Positions 12,544 to 25,144 of a DNA stretch of 39,737 nucleotides are shown here, piece after piece. The position numbers and the translations under genes are program-made. Source of the stretch: Vezdaea acicularis (lineage: Eukaryota); contig JAPEUI010000062.1 of the NCBI GenBank assembly GCA_026025075.1, forward strand, positions 62,001 to 101,737, read 5' to 3'. The first letter of the stretch is position 1; each line of letters begins with the position of its first letter. The notes under the pieces are model-generated. The model was given only the letters and a program-made list of their open reading frames with translations, did not search any database and was not told the DNA's origin.

Positions 12544-13353
12544 TCAACAGACTTCCTCTTTCGACCCTTCTACATCTGCATTTGACCCATCTTCCCACTC
12601 CCATTTCTTATCCCTACCCATCTCCCTCCTCATCCCATCCCTGGCCATCTCCCGTATGCCCCCCACGCTCTTCCGCCTTTGCACGATCCTATTCGGAGTC
12701 TCTTTATTCCTCCCCCAATCCGCCAAACCCAGCAGCGGTACCTTCGTGCGCAGCTCCTGCGCAACCAGCGTGCGCATATCCGGGTTGAAGCCCGCGTAGT
12801 ACGGCTGCCGCTTGATATGCGCTTCGTGGTCGAAGCTTGACGTCCGTATATCCAGCGAGAACGTGCGTGGGGCTGATGGCTGCGGTGGAGAGGAGGATGA
12901 CGGGGAAGGCGCGGGCGGACGGCCAAAGGGCGTGAAGTTCTGCGAGTCTAGCATGTCGAAATGCTCCTCCCCCTCCTCGGCAGAAGGCGTGAATTGGACG
13001 GGGCTTTGTGCTAAGAGCTTTGTCTTGGCGTCGCGCGTCGAGTAGATGGCTAGAGCGGTGTCGAGGGGCTTGTTCGGGCTGTGGTCCCACTATTATCGTA
13101 TCGCTGTTAGCAAATACCGACTCTTACACCGGACAGGCAATCGCCTGGGTTCAAAGGGTGGTGAAGCCCTCAAGCGTGGGAGACGTACGCGCAGGTTCCG
13201 GAACATTGCTACCTCGCCGAACTTCTGCAGCTCGCGCAAGATAGCACGGCTTTCGGAGAGGCTGTTGGGTTGGGGGTGTATCTTGATGTGAACTGCATTA
13301 TTGAGGAGATTGCCGGCGTGGGAGATGGTGGAGGACACGCGGGAAGCTGCCAT
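12544..13353 (-). CDS. Hypothetical protein, ~236 aa, 2 exons (13353-13189, 13089-12544)
   Basis: Reads MAASRVSST...AVHIKIHPQPNSLSESRAILRELQKFGEVAMFRNLR|WDHSPNKPLDTALAIY...HIKRQPYYAGF...VPLLGLAD. Donor GTACGT, branch GCTAAC and a TAG acceptor join the two ORFs in frame. Confidence 0.8.
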
Positions 13354-13660
13354 GTTTGGAGATGTGTTTTGGTCGAAACTGGGGGTTTTAACGTCTCGCG
13401 ATGCAGGTAGCAATCCCGGAACTCCACATATAGCCGTCCCCGACAGGCCTAAATGGGTCTAAAAGTGAACATCACGATCGAAATATGGAAGATTTGAGAG
13501 CCAGATTAATTGTATAATCTCCTTTCCCTGCAACGTATATACAATATTACTATATCAAAAACATGGCGGTATAAATCTGCTCGAAGGGTCAAAAGCGCAC
13601 TATTCCTGGACATGGACATCAGAACTTCAGGTAAACTCCTCATCTAGAGCTGGCATCTCG

Positions 13661-14500
13661 TCATCTCCTCCAACCAGATATCCCAGCGGTTTCTGGTCTT
13701 CTATTCCGCCTTAACAATTGCACATTCTTGACCACATTGGGCCGCGTTGTGTAAGCATGCCAGCTCTTCGTTAACCTGAAAGGAATACCATCAAGATTCG
13801 AGGCTTTCCTTACGCCAAACCTCTCAGACATGCGGCCGTCAGGAATTACTGGGGCCGATGATCGACGTCTCCAGTCTAATGTCTCATCCTCAGATAGCGA
13901 CGGCGCTGACGAGATCTCCTCCGAAGCGCTTTCCCACCGCGGCGATCGGTCGGAAGACGCTTGAGAGCGCGGTGGGCTCCGTCGGTGTGCAGACACAGAA
14001 CACTGTTCTCCCTGCATAACCATATCATCGACAAGCCTCTCCAGCGCCTTGATGTGGTTACCCTCTGAAGCCAATAATCTCGTGTTAATCTGCCGTTGTA
14101 ACCTGACGAAATCGCGCGTCGATTTCAGTTCCTGGTCATCCTCCATGGTGTCTAAGCTGCTGTTGGCGAAGTCGTAGCTTTCGAGCAGCTCCTCGTCTTC
14201 TGCGGGCGGTGTTGGTAGGATCAGGTCGCGATAGAACTTATGGCCGGACATCACGGTCGGCTTCAAGCTGTGATTACTGAGATGTTGTACGAGCTCGGTG
14301 ATAGTAGGAGGGGCTTTCTTGGTGGGTGTAGGAGGAGAGCAACGAGAGGATGTTGGAGAAACACTGCCAGAGTGCTCATAGACGAGAGGAGGTGGAGACG
14401 AAGTGTTTGACGTCCGAGATATGCTAACTGAGAGGTCGCGCTGAGGACGCCTGTGATGCCGTGGCGTGCGAGCCGGTTCAAAACTGAAGTCTTCAAACAT
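13661..14500 (-). CDS. Hypothetical Ser/Pro-rich protein, 279 aa
   Basis: Long ATG ORF starting MFEDFSF, with a helical-looking block RLQRQINTRLL...HIKALERLVDDMVMQGEQC in a low-complexity background. Confidence 0.75.
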   Translation of the reverse strand: MFEDFSFEPARTPRHHRRPQRDLSVSISRTSNTSSPPPLVYEHSGSVSPTSSRCSPPTPTKKAPPTITELVQHLSNHSLKPTVMSGHKFYRDLILPTPPAEDEELLESYDFANSSLDTMEDDQELKSTRDFVRLQRQINTRLLASEGNHIKALERLVDDMVMQGEQCSVSAHRRSPPRSQASSDRSPRWESASEEISSAPSLSEDETLDWRRRSSAPVIPDGRMSERFGVRKASNLDGIPFRLTKSWHAYTTRPNVVKNVQLLRRNRRPETAGISGWRR

Positions 14501-15313
14501 GTTTGCGACGAGGGGCAGAAGCCCAGCGACACGGAGATAAGGTAGTGAAGGCGTGCAAGGAGGTTGAAGGTACGCGTTTGATCTGAAGGGTCTGACGCAG
14601 AATAGTGCGAATAAGCTTTGCCAGCGGCAGGGGAGATGTATTTAATCCTTCGATGACCGCAACCTGCAGCAAGACCCCCAGAAATATGCGGAGATAATCC
14701 TTGGACGGTAACCACGCAAACAAGGCCGATGGTAGGACAGATCCACGTCTGTGCGCGACAACCGTGCCTTAGAAGAAGGACCGCAGCACCCGATAGGCAC
14801 AAGGGACGAAAAGGGGCGTTGGATGCGCAGGAGACGGTGTTGATATTGCGCGCACGGCAGGTAACGCGGACTTGAGGTTCGAAGGGGAAAAGTTTTGGGA
14901 GTTCTTTCACCTTTCTAGAAGGCGGTTAGCCATGTGGCGTCGGATGCAAGCTGATGCTTCGGGAAAGAGCTGGCAGATGGGTGGCGAGGCCCGGCGGATT
15001 GGTGGAGAGACCCCAGCCGTTCGGGATGACGGGGGAGGTGCACAGCGCCATGGCTTCAGTGGCGCGCGCCTCGGAGAGAAATTTTTAGGAAGCAGACAGC
15101 CACCCACCGGTCGGCCCAGGGTGATCGGATTTATGGCGAGCGCGATGGACAGATGAATATCTACCCTCATTCCCATCGTAGCCTGTCACCCGAGCTTCTT
15201 CTGCTTTCCAAGGCTGCTCAAGTGCAGTGGCCGCGGCGGAATTTCGGGGGTCCGGAGGGAAGGTCAGATCTGCTACCCGCAATTCGGGTTTCTTAAGACC
15301 AACGCCGGAACAG

Positions 15314-15343
15314 CGCTAGAATGACGCTAGAATGGCGCTAGAA
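15314..15343. repeat. Short tandem repeat, 11-bp unit CGCTAGAATGR x ~2.7
   Basis: cgctagaatga-cgctagaatgg-cgctagaa, read directly. Confidence 0.75.
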
Positions 15344-15922
15344 AGTCCCGATGGCAAGGATGTCCCTTGGCGCAATCTTGTCTGGACGGATCTGAGCGAA
15401 TGTTCCACCATCAGCCCTATGCAGCCTGTGGCGGTCGGTCTGGACTGCTCCATAGAGCAAGCCTTTCTTCACATCTCCTCACAGATGCTGGCGCCGTGGG
15501 ATAGATTTTCGCGGCGAAGATATTGGCTACGTGCTCCCCAGTATTTCAACAGAGGCGGATGTGCTGTCACCGACCGAGCAAGGACCATGGTGTTTGTTAA
15601 GTTCGCTCGCAAGATGTAAAAGCACGGACATGTTTCATCACGGCTTTGCCCGAATATCGCTCATGGTGATATACTTAGGATTTCTCTTGGTAACGAAACG
15701 CTTGTTCGACAGGTGTGCTCAATAGGGCTGATCAATCCATCACTCCAGCGAAGCCTTCCAGTCTAGTAGCAATACCCCACACCCCACGTTCTCATCGCGC
15801 GCAAAACTGTCACAGAATACGAGGATCGTCTCCCGCGTATCTCTCCCGAACGGAGGGGCGCATTGATCGTACGTGCTTCTCATGACTCTCATCCACATCA
15901 GAAGGGGTTAAGGAAACCGCTG

Positions 15923-18900
15923 TCATGCGTCTCCTGGCTCAGTCAACCGATTCCTCCGCCGAATCTCGGTCCATCTTGAGAGAGTGCCGAGCTCGAGAAT
16001 GTTCATTCTCCTCCACTTGCTGCTGGGGTTCCCTACGATGAATGGAAACCACTCCATCTCTCCTATAATCGTTGCGGAAGGTCTGCGTTCAGCCGTGTCT
16101 GGAATAACTTGAACTTGTTTCCATCTCCACAAGACAGAAAGCAACATGAAAGTGAGAACAAGGAGAATTGCTGCCACAACGCCGGTCGACGTTTGAGCTC
16201 CTAGCCTCCGTTCGATTGTGCCGCCCAGACCGGTAGTACCAGCTGCCACAAGAAAGCCTATAGCTTGGGTAATTGAAGATGCAGCGCAGACTCTTGGAAA
16301 GCACGAATAGTTTGTTGCCTTGCTGCTACTTCCTTTTCCATCTTGTTTCCGTTTTGATTTCTGGCCAATCATGCCAGGTTGTAAGTCGGAAACATCAAAT
16401 GTTTCCATTATCACTCCATTACACTCTGCAATCGCAAGGGCGGACAGAAAGCCAATGAGTCCCGCCATGATAGTCGGGACTAAGTAGTGGGTTGGTGGCC
16501 CGCCAAAGGACAAGGTGAAACCGAGGCCGGCGAATGGTAGCACTAGCATGAATACAGTCCTTCGAAGTAAATGTGATGACCAGGTTACCCTCGGGGTGAG
16601 AGTCATGCTATTCGACCGAGTCGGTCCATGGCGAGATCTGCTGAAGATAGAACCTTTTTCGAAAGGGATCGCGATCAATGCCCCGATAGGTACGGCAGCA
16701 ACACAAAGGCCAACGTAGATTGGCTTGAAGTGGTAGTATTTAGAGATCAATGCTCCAAGCAGCTTCCCTCTTGATTAATGACATGTTATGTAAAAGAAGT
16801 ATCGTGGTTGCATGCTTACCACAATGACCATGATTACTTGGCCATATATCCAGCCGTGATATACCGCTAGGATGGCGAAGCCAGGTTGTTTCAACATTCT
16901 CATAGAAAGCCGAAGACCCGCATGAACCTCTTCCCACCACCATATCGGTCCGGTGGCGTCAAGGTGCATCTTCACTTCTCCTCGTGCAACTCTTCTGGAA
17001 ATTTCCGCTCCAGAATTGATCTGTGTGACTGACCGACGATATGGCGAACGTCTTACTTCCGGCGTAAGGACGTTCATCATCATGAGAAGAGCCGTTAATA
17101 TGACAATAATCCAGAATCCCCAAGAAGGGTTCAGTTCAGTGATAATCCCGGCACCTATGAGAAAGCCTAAGCCAACAGATCCCACATAACACCAGGACCA
17201 AATTCCAAGCCAGATTCCCATACCGCCACCATGACGACGAACGTCGTCCTCGACGACAATTTCTTGATGAGGACTGGTGCTTTGTAGGGATGATCCAAAA
17301 AGGTCCAGTAACGTAGTCTTGAAGTTGATATTTGCAAAGCCTAAAGCGAAGCCAGATACACCTCTTGCTAAGAGTAACGCTACACGGTATGTAGCGACAT
17401 AGGGATTCCTGTTGGAGGTGACAGCGATCGCCTGAGGAAATTGAAGAGGCATAAACAATGCTAGGGCTGCAAGTGTATAGGGTTTTCGACCATGTAACAA
17501 GGGCATTGGCCAAAATATGAACGTAGGAACTGCCATGCAGATATACAAGCTACGTGGGTATATTAGAGCTATGATCGTACCTTCGAAAGCTCATTGACTC
17601 ACAACACGTTTCCGAGGATGACATAGTGGTTGAGATCCACAATTTGATACTGTATAGAAGGTACCATACCAGCCTTTTAGAGAGTTAGCCTGACTTATAT
17701 CCTTAATAAGGGATACTTACATAAATGCCGATAATTATACCGACAAATGCAGTACTAGTACATGCTACAGCAGCGACGAATCGCTTCCTAAAGATGCTCC
17801 AGTCTCTAGCAATTGGCTTTCGGCGATGGAATCTTTGCAAATTGAAGCCGCCTGGTTCTCGAACGCTGAGGTGATGACGATTCCGAAGGCTGAATCTCTT
17901 TCTATCCGAGCCATTGTCTGGCAAGTTCGCAAGGCTCTGCCTCCTTTCAGGGATTTTTAGAAGTTGCTCTCCTGTAAGTTGGCCAGGTTGTGTGGGATGC
18001 ACATTTATATAGACGCTAGAAGTATTGCTTACTCCATAATCGTGAGCTACAGGCCTAGAATCCAGCGTGCTTCGGCCTTTATGTTTTTCTTCTCTCACAA
18101 TCTTACGTTCGAGTGATGGAATATGTATTGAGCTATCGCGAGGGAGTATGAGAGGCGTCTTCTGAGTTTCCAGATGCAATTGCGCAGTCCTAGAATCCCA
18201 AACTGCTGGCGCGGGCCCTTCCTTGTTGTGAACTAATGCTGCAAGATCTTTTTTCATCCGTTGATCAATCACAAGAGAATTCCTTGCACTCTGCCGCCTT
18301 AACGTCACATTTGGGACTGCATAGGTGTATTGCTGTTGGCCAGTAGACTTTGCAATATCGGAGAGGTCGAGAATCTGTGTAGGTGCCTGCGGTGAGTATT
18401 CGGCCGTTCCTGCTTCTGCGCTCATTGAATCCGCGTCGGTATTATCGGATTGCGCGTCCGTATCTATTTTGGTGATGAATAAGTCATCTTTCTTCTGACC
18501 TAAACCTCCTACCTCGAGTTCCTTGGCGGAAGGGTAACGTTCGATAGCTGCAGTGACAATACGTGGATACGGACTGACCTGCCGAGTGAGTGAAAGCCGT
18601 CTATCAGGGAGATGGTGTAGCACTTCTTGCGGCTCTATGATGGTGATGTGTCTTGTAGAGCTATTTGAGATGGGGGCTTGAGGCTCGACCGGAGAACAAT
18701 GGAGAGAAACCCCCATTTCGAGATCTCCATTCTGAGAAGTCGCGCTCAGAGTTGAGTCTTCGTCGGTTTTTTCAAAGCTGTATTCAGACGGAGATAAATA
18801 GACCCGTGGATTCTTAAGGCTACCATTGCTAGCCAAAGCCGTTTGTAAGGATGTAGCCACATCTTCGATGAGTGCAGGTAATCTGTAACCGTTCTCTTCC

Positions 18901-20837
18901 GTCTCTGCTGCTTGACTTGCAATCAAGAGTGCTTGGCTGAGTAGCCCCTCCAAGTCGAGAAGGGCTTTGTCGAATTTTTCAGGATCTTGACTAAATGAGT
19001 CGGCACTAGCACGTGCTGCCTTTTTGAGTGGCACAACAAAGTTACCGCCTTGTGCCTGTGGGATTTGAGCTATCAGAGTTTTGAAATTTTCCTGGTCAGG
19101 ATCCGTTTTCGACCTCAAACTTCCGCCAGTGATACGTTTTCGTAGTGGCCTAGTAGTAAGAGTAGGAAGCGGATTATCGTCAGACTTGATGGCGGGCCCA
19201 AGTCTAACAATCTCCCTAAGCCAGCTTAAGCGCTGTTGGTGACTCACGTGTAGAGTGGAGATTGTCGAGGCACGTTTGACGGCAACGATCTTCTCTGCTG
19301 ATGACGAGAGCGTGTCCATTGTAGCTGTAAGATTGATGGATTTGGTAGAAGAGCTATCGCTCCTTGAGGAGCTCTTCACAGAACATGATCCAACCACAAG
19401 AGCCGGCTTAGGCCTGGAAATGGGCATTAGGGAAGAATCCTTTTCCAAGGATTTCTTGATTTGAGGGCTGCTAGAAATCCTCGGGCCATTTCTGGTTAAC
19501 TTAGACGTAAGGAAGGCTTCGGCAGCATTGTGGGCTCTACTGGAGATTGAGTAATGATTCGGCATTTGATTGGTATCTGGGAGCGTTTGTCCTGGAGTCA
19601 TTTGTGCCTCCGAGTCAACTTGTATAAATACTTCCCTAGGTGTATTTTCTAAAATTACCTCTGTCTTAGCTTCTACTTCCGGGTAGCTGAGATCAAGAAT
19701 CTTCTCCAGCTCGTCACTATTGACAGAGCCTTCACGGGTTTCGGATCCGCTTGCATTGGCCATGTGAGCTCCATTTTCAGAATCATCCTCACCCAGCTTT
19801 GCATGGGTGAAATTTGCTGAAGGTGTCGAAGGAACATCATCAAAGGTATTCAGAGATTCCCCATCGGAGGATAGAGTAAACTCGGATCCAACTCTTAGCT
19901 TAATACGATTCAGACCTGCAGGTGCCTTGGAGTTTGGTGGCTGATGGGCGTGCTCGGGTAGAAATTCGTGCTTGGAGATTGTAGAAGGCGCCAATACTGA
20001 TCTTCTTAGCATACAATAAATCATCGTAGGGAAGACAATAAGTCAAAACATACTAGCTGGACTCCCGGGCGGGGAAAGTGGAACTAGCAATGTCTTCGCT
20101 GAAACTGCTAAAGGTGTTGAGATCTTTGCCAATTGTCTTTCTTGCAATTGGGCTGTGTTCATTAGAGGTGTGCGCGCAGTCGTCATCGGTAATGGCGCTA
20201 AAGAAGCATCAGGGAGTAGCTTGTCTAGCCTAGGATCTAGAGAGGTCCGTTTTTCGGGATTGTCGGCTCCTTCAAGTGCCTTTACAGACAGATCACTCGA
20301 AAGCTTGTCTCCTAAATCTGATTTCAGGATACTCGACACACGTGGAGGCCTCCATATCTCGTGGATCACTGGCATACCCCTGAGTCGAGCTGTCTGAATT
20401 TCACTTACATCTGAGAAAGAGGCGGAATCTTTCATGCTAGGAGGTGTAGTTTGCAAGTCGAGATGGGACGAGGGCAGCCTTGGGTCTTTTATCTGGCTTC
20501 GCCCCTTCCATGCGTTTGACCTCCGCCCATTCACTCGTCTCTGTGGCAATTCCGCGTCTGAACTGGGTACATTACGCCTCTCGAGTTGCCTTGCCACCGC
20601 GCTTCGCTGCCTTGGCCTGGGTTGAGGTACGTTATTATCTGCCGTAGCATGCGTGGTTATGAAAGAATCAGACATCTGAGATGGATGCCCAGAAAGATCG
20701 CTGGCATGACTCAGTGAAGCGAAGGGTGGAAGCTGAGAGTTGATCTCCTCTTCGATGCGAAAGAAAGGGGTCGGGTTGAGGCCAGATTTAGGGTCTCGTG
20801 GTGTCGATGGGCCTGGAGACAGGACAACAATGTCCAT
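15923..20837 (-). CDS. MFS transporter (DHA1/polyamine-transporter-like) with a ~1000-aa low-complexity N-terminus, ~1566 aa, 5 exons (20837-20054, 19996-17721, 17673-17603, 17549-16820, 16762-15923)
   Basis: The C-terminal part reads ARDWSIFRKRFVAAVAC...PLLHGRKPY...LLDLFG...PEVRR with many transmembrane segments. Four GT-AG introns join the ORFs in frame (4701 nt). The first exon is the least certain. Confidence 0.85.
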
Positions 20838-21358
20838 GAACCAAAATATTGTTTTATGCAGGAGTGAGAAACGGGCAACTCAATGACGAAACTTAATAAT
20901 GAGGCGCGTAAAGATAATGGGGAAGCGGGTACACAATGGGACGATAAGTTCGTAGGAAGAAGGGAATGAGAGAAACAGAGCATAGGAGAAACTGCAGCAT
21001 GGAGGCGTCCATGTTGACATTATTAGTAGGTGGTTTGGAAGGTATCCGCACAGAGAAGGATCTATCTAAAGGGTTAACGCTTTCCCTTTGCTCGTTCGAG
21101 AAGGAGTGAACAGTTCATACGTGATAAAGAAGCGCGGGCCGACTATTTCCCGACACACCGGGAAGACGACATTGGCGAGCAAGCTGACTGGGAATACCCC
21201 ACGTCAAGCTCCGAAGCGCTCTCAACTCCCCGTGAGGCTTAACAGCCAAGAATTATAGAAGTTGCCAGTTCCATTTCGACTCGATACAGGTTGTGGCCTA
21301 GAAACATTCCGAAGACTCAATCAGCTTAGGGTCTGATTTGTTTCACGAACCTGTCATC

Positions 21359-23020
21359 ATGGCGTCTACGGTTAAAGAAACTGTCAGTAATCTCATAGAC
21401 AAGCTCAATCTTTCCTCCAGCGACACGCGAGCACCGCCCAAGGAGCCCGGTCCGGAAGAATTGAAAGATCTTAAGGAGAAATATGCAAAAGCTGGGCAAG
21501 AGCAGGTGTTTTCCTTCTATGACAGTCTAAATTCTGCTGAGAGGGCTGGTCTATACCAACAGCTTTCAACCATTGATCCTGAATATATAAATAGAATCAC
21601 TCAAAAGGCCCTCAGCCCTCAGCCTAGTGCGCAGGAGGATAAAGAAGCAAAGATAGAGCCATTGCCCGATTCTGCTGTAGCTTCGGTCTTAGATTCTAGA
21701 ACGGAAGATATCGAAAGTTGGTATGCGGACGGGCTCGAACTGATCTCACAAAACAAGGTAGCAGTTATCTTGATGGCTGGAGGCCAAGGTACTCGGCTAG
21801 GAAGCTCGGCGCCAAAGGGATGCTTTGATATTGGACTCCCAAGCCAGAAATCCCTGTTCCAAATTCAAGCCGAGCGCATCTGGAAAGTCCAGAAGCTTGC
21901 GGAGAAGAAGCATGGCAAATCCGCTGTAGTGGTGCCATGGTACGTGATGACTAGTGGGCCTACTAGAGGACCTACAGAGAGGTTCTTCGAGGAGCACAAA
22001 TACTTCGGCCTGCAGAAGGAGAATGTTGTCATATTCGAGCAGGGCGTATTGCCTTGCATTTCGAACGATGGCAAAATTCTCCTCGAGAGCAAATCAAAGG
22101 TATGCTCACAAAGTTGATTCTAGCTAGCAAGGGACATCCAGATATCTGACTTGATACAGGTTGCGGTTGCCCCTGATGGCAACGGCGGTATCTACCAAGC
22201 TCTGATCACATCTTCCATATTGTCCGATATGGAGAAGCGCGGTATTCACCACATACATGCTTATTGCGTCGATAACTGTCTTGTCAAAGTCGCAGACCCG
22301 GTTTTCATAGGATTCTCAGCATCAAAGGAAGTTGATATTGCGACAAAGGTAGTCCGCAAGCGCAACGCGACCGAGTCAGTAGGTCTGATCTTGCTTAAGA
22401 ATGGGAAGCCAGGCGTTGTCGAATACTCGGAGATAGATAAGGAAACTGCTGAAGCTAAAGACCCAAAACAGCCAGATGTTCTGAAGTTCCGTGCTGCTAA
22501 CATTGTTAATCATTACTATTCATATAAATTTCTACAGTCCATTCCTCTCTGGGCTAAAGATCTGCCACATCACGTCGCTCGAAAGAAGATCCAGTATATC
22601 GATACCGAGAAGGGGGAAACGATTAAGCCAGACAAGCCAAATGGGATCAAGCTCGAGCAATTCGTGTTTGATGTATTCCCACAATTAGACCTGAAGAAAT
22701 TTGCTTCTTTAGAGGTGAAGCGCGAGGATGAGTTCTCCCCGTTGAAGAACGCCAGAGGGACAGGTGAAGATGATCCGGACACGAGTAAGAAAGACATCTT
22801 GGATCAAGGAAGACGGTGGCTTCAAGCGGCTGGAGTGACAGTGGTCAGCGAGTCATCCGACACCGCCGGCGTCGAGGTGTCCCCTCTCATTAGTTATGTG
22901 AGTAAATTCTGATGAAAGTCGAGTATCGATACGCTGACTGCTCAACAGGGCGGAGAAGGGTTGGAGTTCCTAAAGGAAAAGACGATCAAGGCACCAGCAG
23001 TCATTGAGAAGGAAGACTAA
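21359..23020 (+). CDS. UAP1: UDP-N-acetylglucosamine pyrophosphorylase, ~516 aa, 3 exons (21359-22099, 22160-22897, 22949-23020)
   Basis: Motifs [63 protein letters not shown] and VSPLISY|GGEGLE. Confidence 0.97.
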
Positions 23021-24133
23021 GCATCAGAGCGGTCTGCCGGCCACAGGCTTTCCGAAGCCATGGGGGAAGCGCTCCTATGGCAGCTGCATAGGTCTAAAAC
23101 ATGAGCAATTGATGTGATACGAGGTAGACCGCAATTTGGTGAACTCCACGGTGCCTAGAGTCGACATGCATACCGAACGCTCCGAACGCTGGCGGCTTTG
23201 GGGCCGGGGCGCCAATCGCGAACTCGTGGTAGCCACATCGTCTCCTATTCTCCGATGGTGCAGCTCACGGTCTCATCCTCCAACAGAATGCAGCGATGTT
23301 ATCACCCGTAGTTTTTCTTTCGCTGCTTTTTTTCGAGTGGCGAGTGGAGCGCACGATGCTCATTGCTTGCGGCAGGATGATCTTGGGTGCCGCGTCGGCG
23401 CATCCTTAGAGCCCTGCATCTGCACCTATCCCACTCGGGCAAGCGTCGGGCTACTGAACCACTCTTTCATCGGCTGACGTTCCAGGGCTCCTCAGGCCAA
23501 GTAACGGGCAGCTCTCCAACCAGTGCTCCAGTGTCTCGCTTGCCCGTGTCTGCTTGTCGAGCCGGCCCCGGTACCAGCTGACTGAGCTTGCCGCGTCGCC
23601 GGACCGCAGAGCTTTTTGGCTTTTCTGCCACCCCCATCCCCGAATATCTCCATTTCCCTTCGTCTCTTCCATTACTATCGTTTTGACGCGCTTTCCAATC
23701 CACCTACTTCTTGGGAGGAAGGTTGTTTGAGTAGGAAGCTGTGTTGCGTGGGAAGAGGGTTAGCACTAGGTCTGAGTGTGAGTCTGGAGAAATCGGGCAG
23801 CGCGCCGGCCGGGTTGCGGTGCTGCGGTTGCTCTGTGTTCTGCACCGAGCCTACACCTTTGCTGACCGGCGCTGCAGAAAGGCGACGGATTAGCGGTTCG
23901 GAAACCAAGGTAAACATTTGCTCTTTCCATTCTCTTTCAACCGAACCTTTCCTCCTCATGAAATGTCCAGCGACTTGTCGACAGTCACTGCGCCTTCAAG
24001 CCTCAGCTCTCGCTCACCGCCTGTATACGATCCAACTCTGAACATGTCTGAGGCTTGGAGATCGGGCGGACGCCGCTTTCAAATCCAGATTTCTGACGCT
24101 GGTATTCCAGTGCTTCATAGGGAGCCTGTAGGC

Positions 24134-25144
24134 ATGTCTTCTCTTTCGCGTCGAGCATGTTACAAATGTGGCAACATTGGACATTACGCTGGTAAGCTTC
24201 GATCACCATGCAGAGACAGGGAACAATGGTACTGAAGCTATGAGTAGAGGTCTGTACTTCTGCCGAGCGACTATGTTATAATTGTAAGACGATCATGTCC
24301 AGTCAGAGTGTTACTGTTTGCTAACCTAAATCAAGGCCACGAACCTGGTGAGTCGAGGGAGATCCATGCTTCAGGGAAACCATAATTCGAACCAAAGATC
24401 AGGACACGAATCAAGCCAGTGCCCTCAGCCGCGTACTACGGAAGGTACCATTACTCTTGCATACGTTCGTACTGCTACATCGACTGACGGTCGTTGCAGG
24501 AAAGCAATGTTATCACTGTCAAGGCTTGGGTCACGTCCAGGCTGACTGTCCGACTCTTCGCCTGAGTGGCGCTGGTGTCAGTGGTCGTTGCTACTCGTGT
24601 GGAACTCCAGGTCATCTTGCAGTATGTTTGTTTTCGAACATTCGAAGGCTCTTCGGCCCCTTCACTTGCTTACGCTGTTAACCCCTCGATAGCGCAACTG
24701 TCCATCTGCTGGTCAAGGAATGGGCCGTGGCGCAGTTCCAACTAGGGGTGGATATGCCGGCGGTGTTGGCTTCCGAGGCGGATATGCTGGTGGTCCTCGA
24801 CCAGCGACTTGCTACAAGTGCGGTGGCCCAAACCACTACGCTCGTGATTGCCAAGCTCAAGCTATGAAGTGCTACGCCTGCGGCAAGCTCGTTCGTCTCA
24901 CGATCCTCTCTAATTATGTCGGTTACTCACATTAAGTCAGGGTCATATTTCACGCGACTGTACTGCACCAAATGGGGGGCCCCTCAACACCGCAGGGAAA
25001 ACATGCTACACTTGCGGCGAAGCGGGCCATATTGCTCGGGAATGTCCCCAGAGTGGTCTGAATGGCGACGCACCCTCAGTGGCAGCAGTTCCTGCGGCTC
25101 CTCAACTCAATCCTGTCGCGGCTGCCTCTGTCATTGCGCCATAG
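24134..25144 (+). CDS. GIS2: CNBP/Gis2/Byr3-family zinc-knuckle RNA-binding protein, ~223 aa, 7 coding exons (24134-24191, 24248-24283, 24336-24347, 24403-24444, 24500-24621, 24693-24890, 24941-25144)
   Basis: The spliced product has seven CX2CX4HX4C knuckles with an RGG-rich linker between knuckles 4 and 5. The CDS totals 672 nt. Confidence 0.93.

Noticed and set aside
14263..14910. 215-aa ORF overlapping the 279-aa gene
   Set aside because: It has a GTG start, overlaps out of frame and has no protein-like features.
22898..22948. TGATGA...CTGA in UAP1 intron 2 resembling C/D snoRNA boxes
   Set aside because: The boxes span under 30 nt, and the CTGA is part of the branch site.
23776..23881. 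Possible [D2,3] stwintron (GT|GTGAGT...CAG|AAAG) in the GIS2 leader
   Set aside because: The reconstituted donor GTAAAG is weak, and two ordinary introns explain the sequence.
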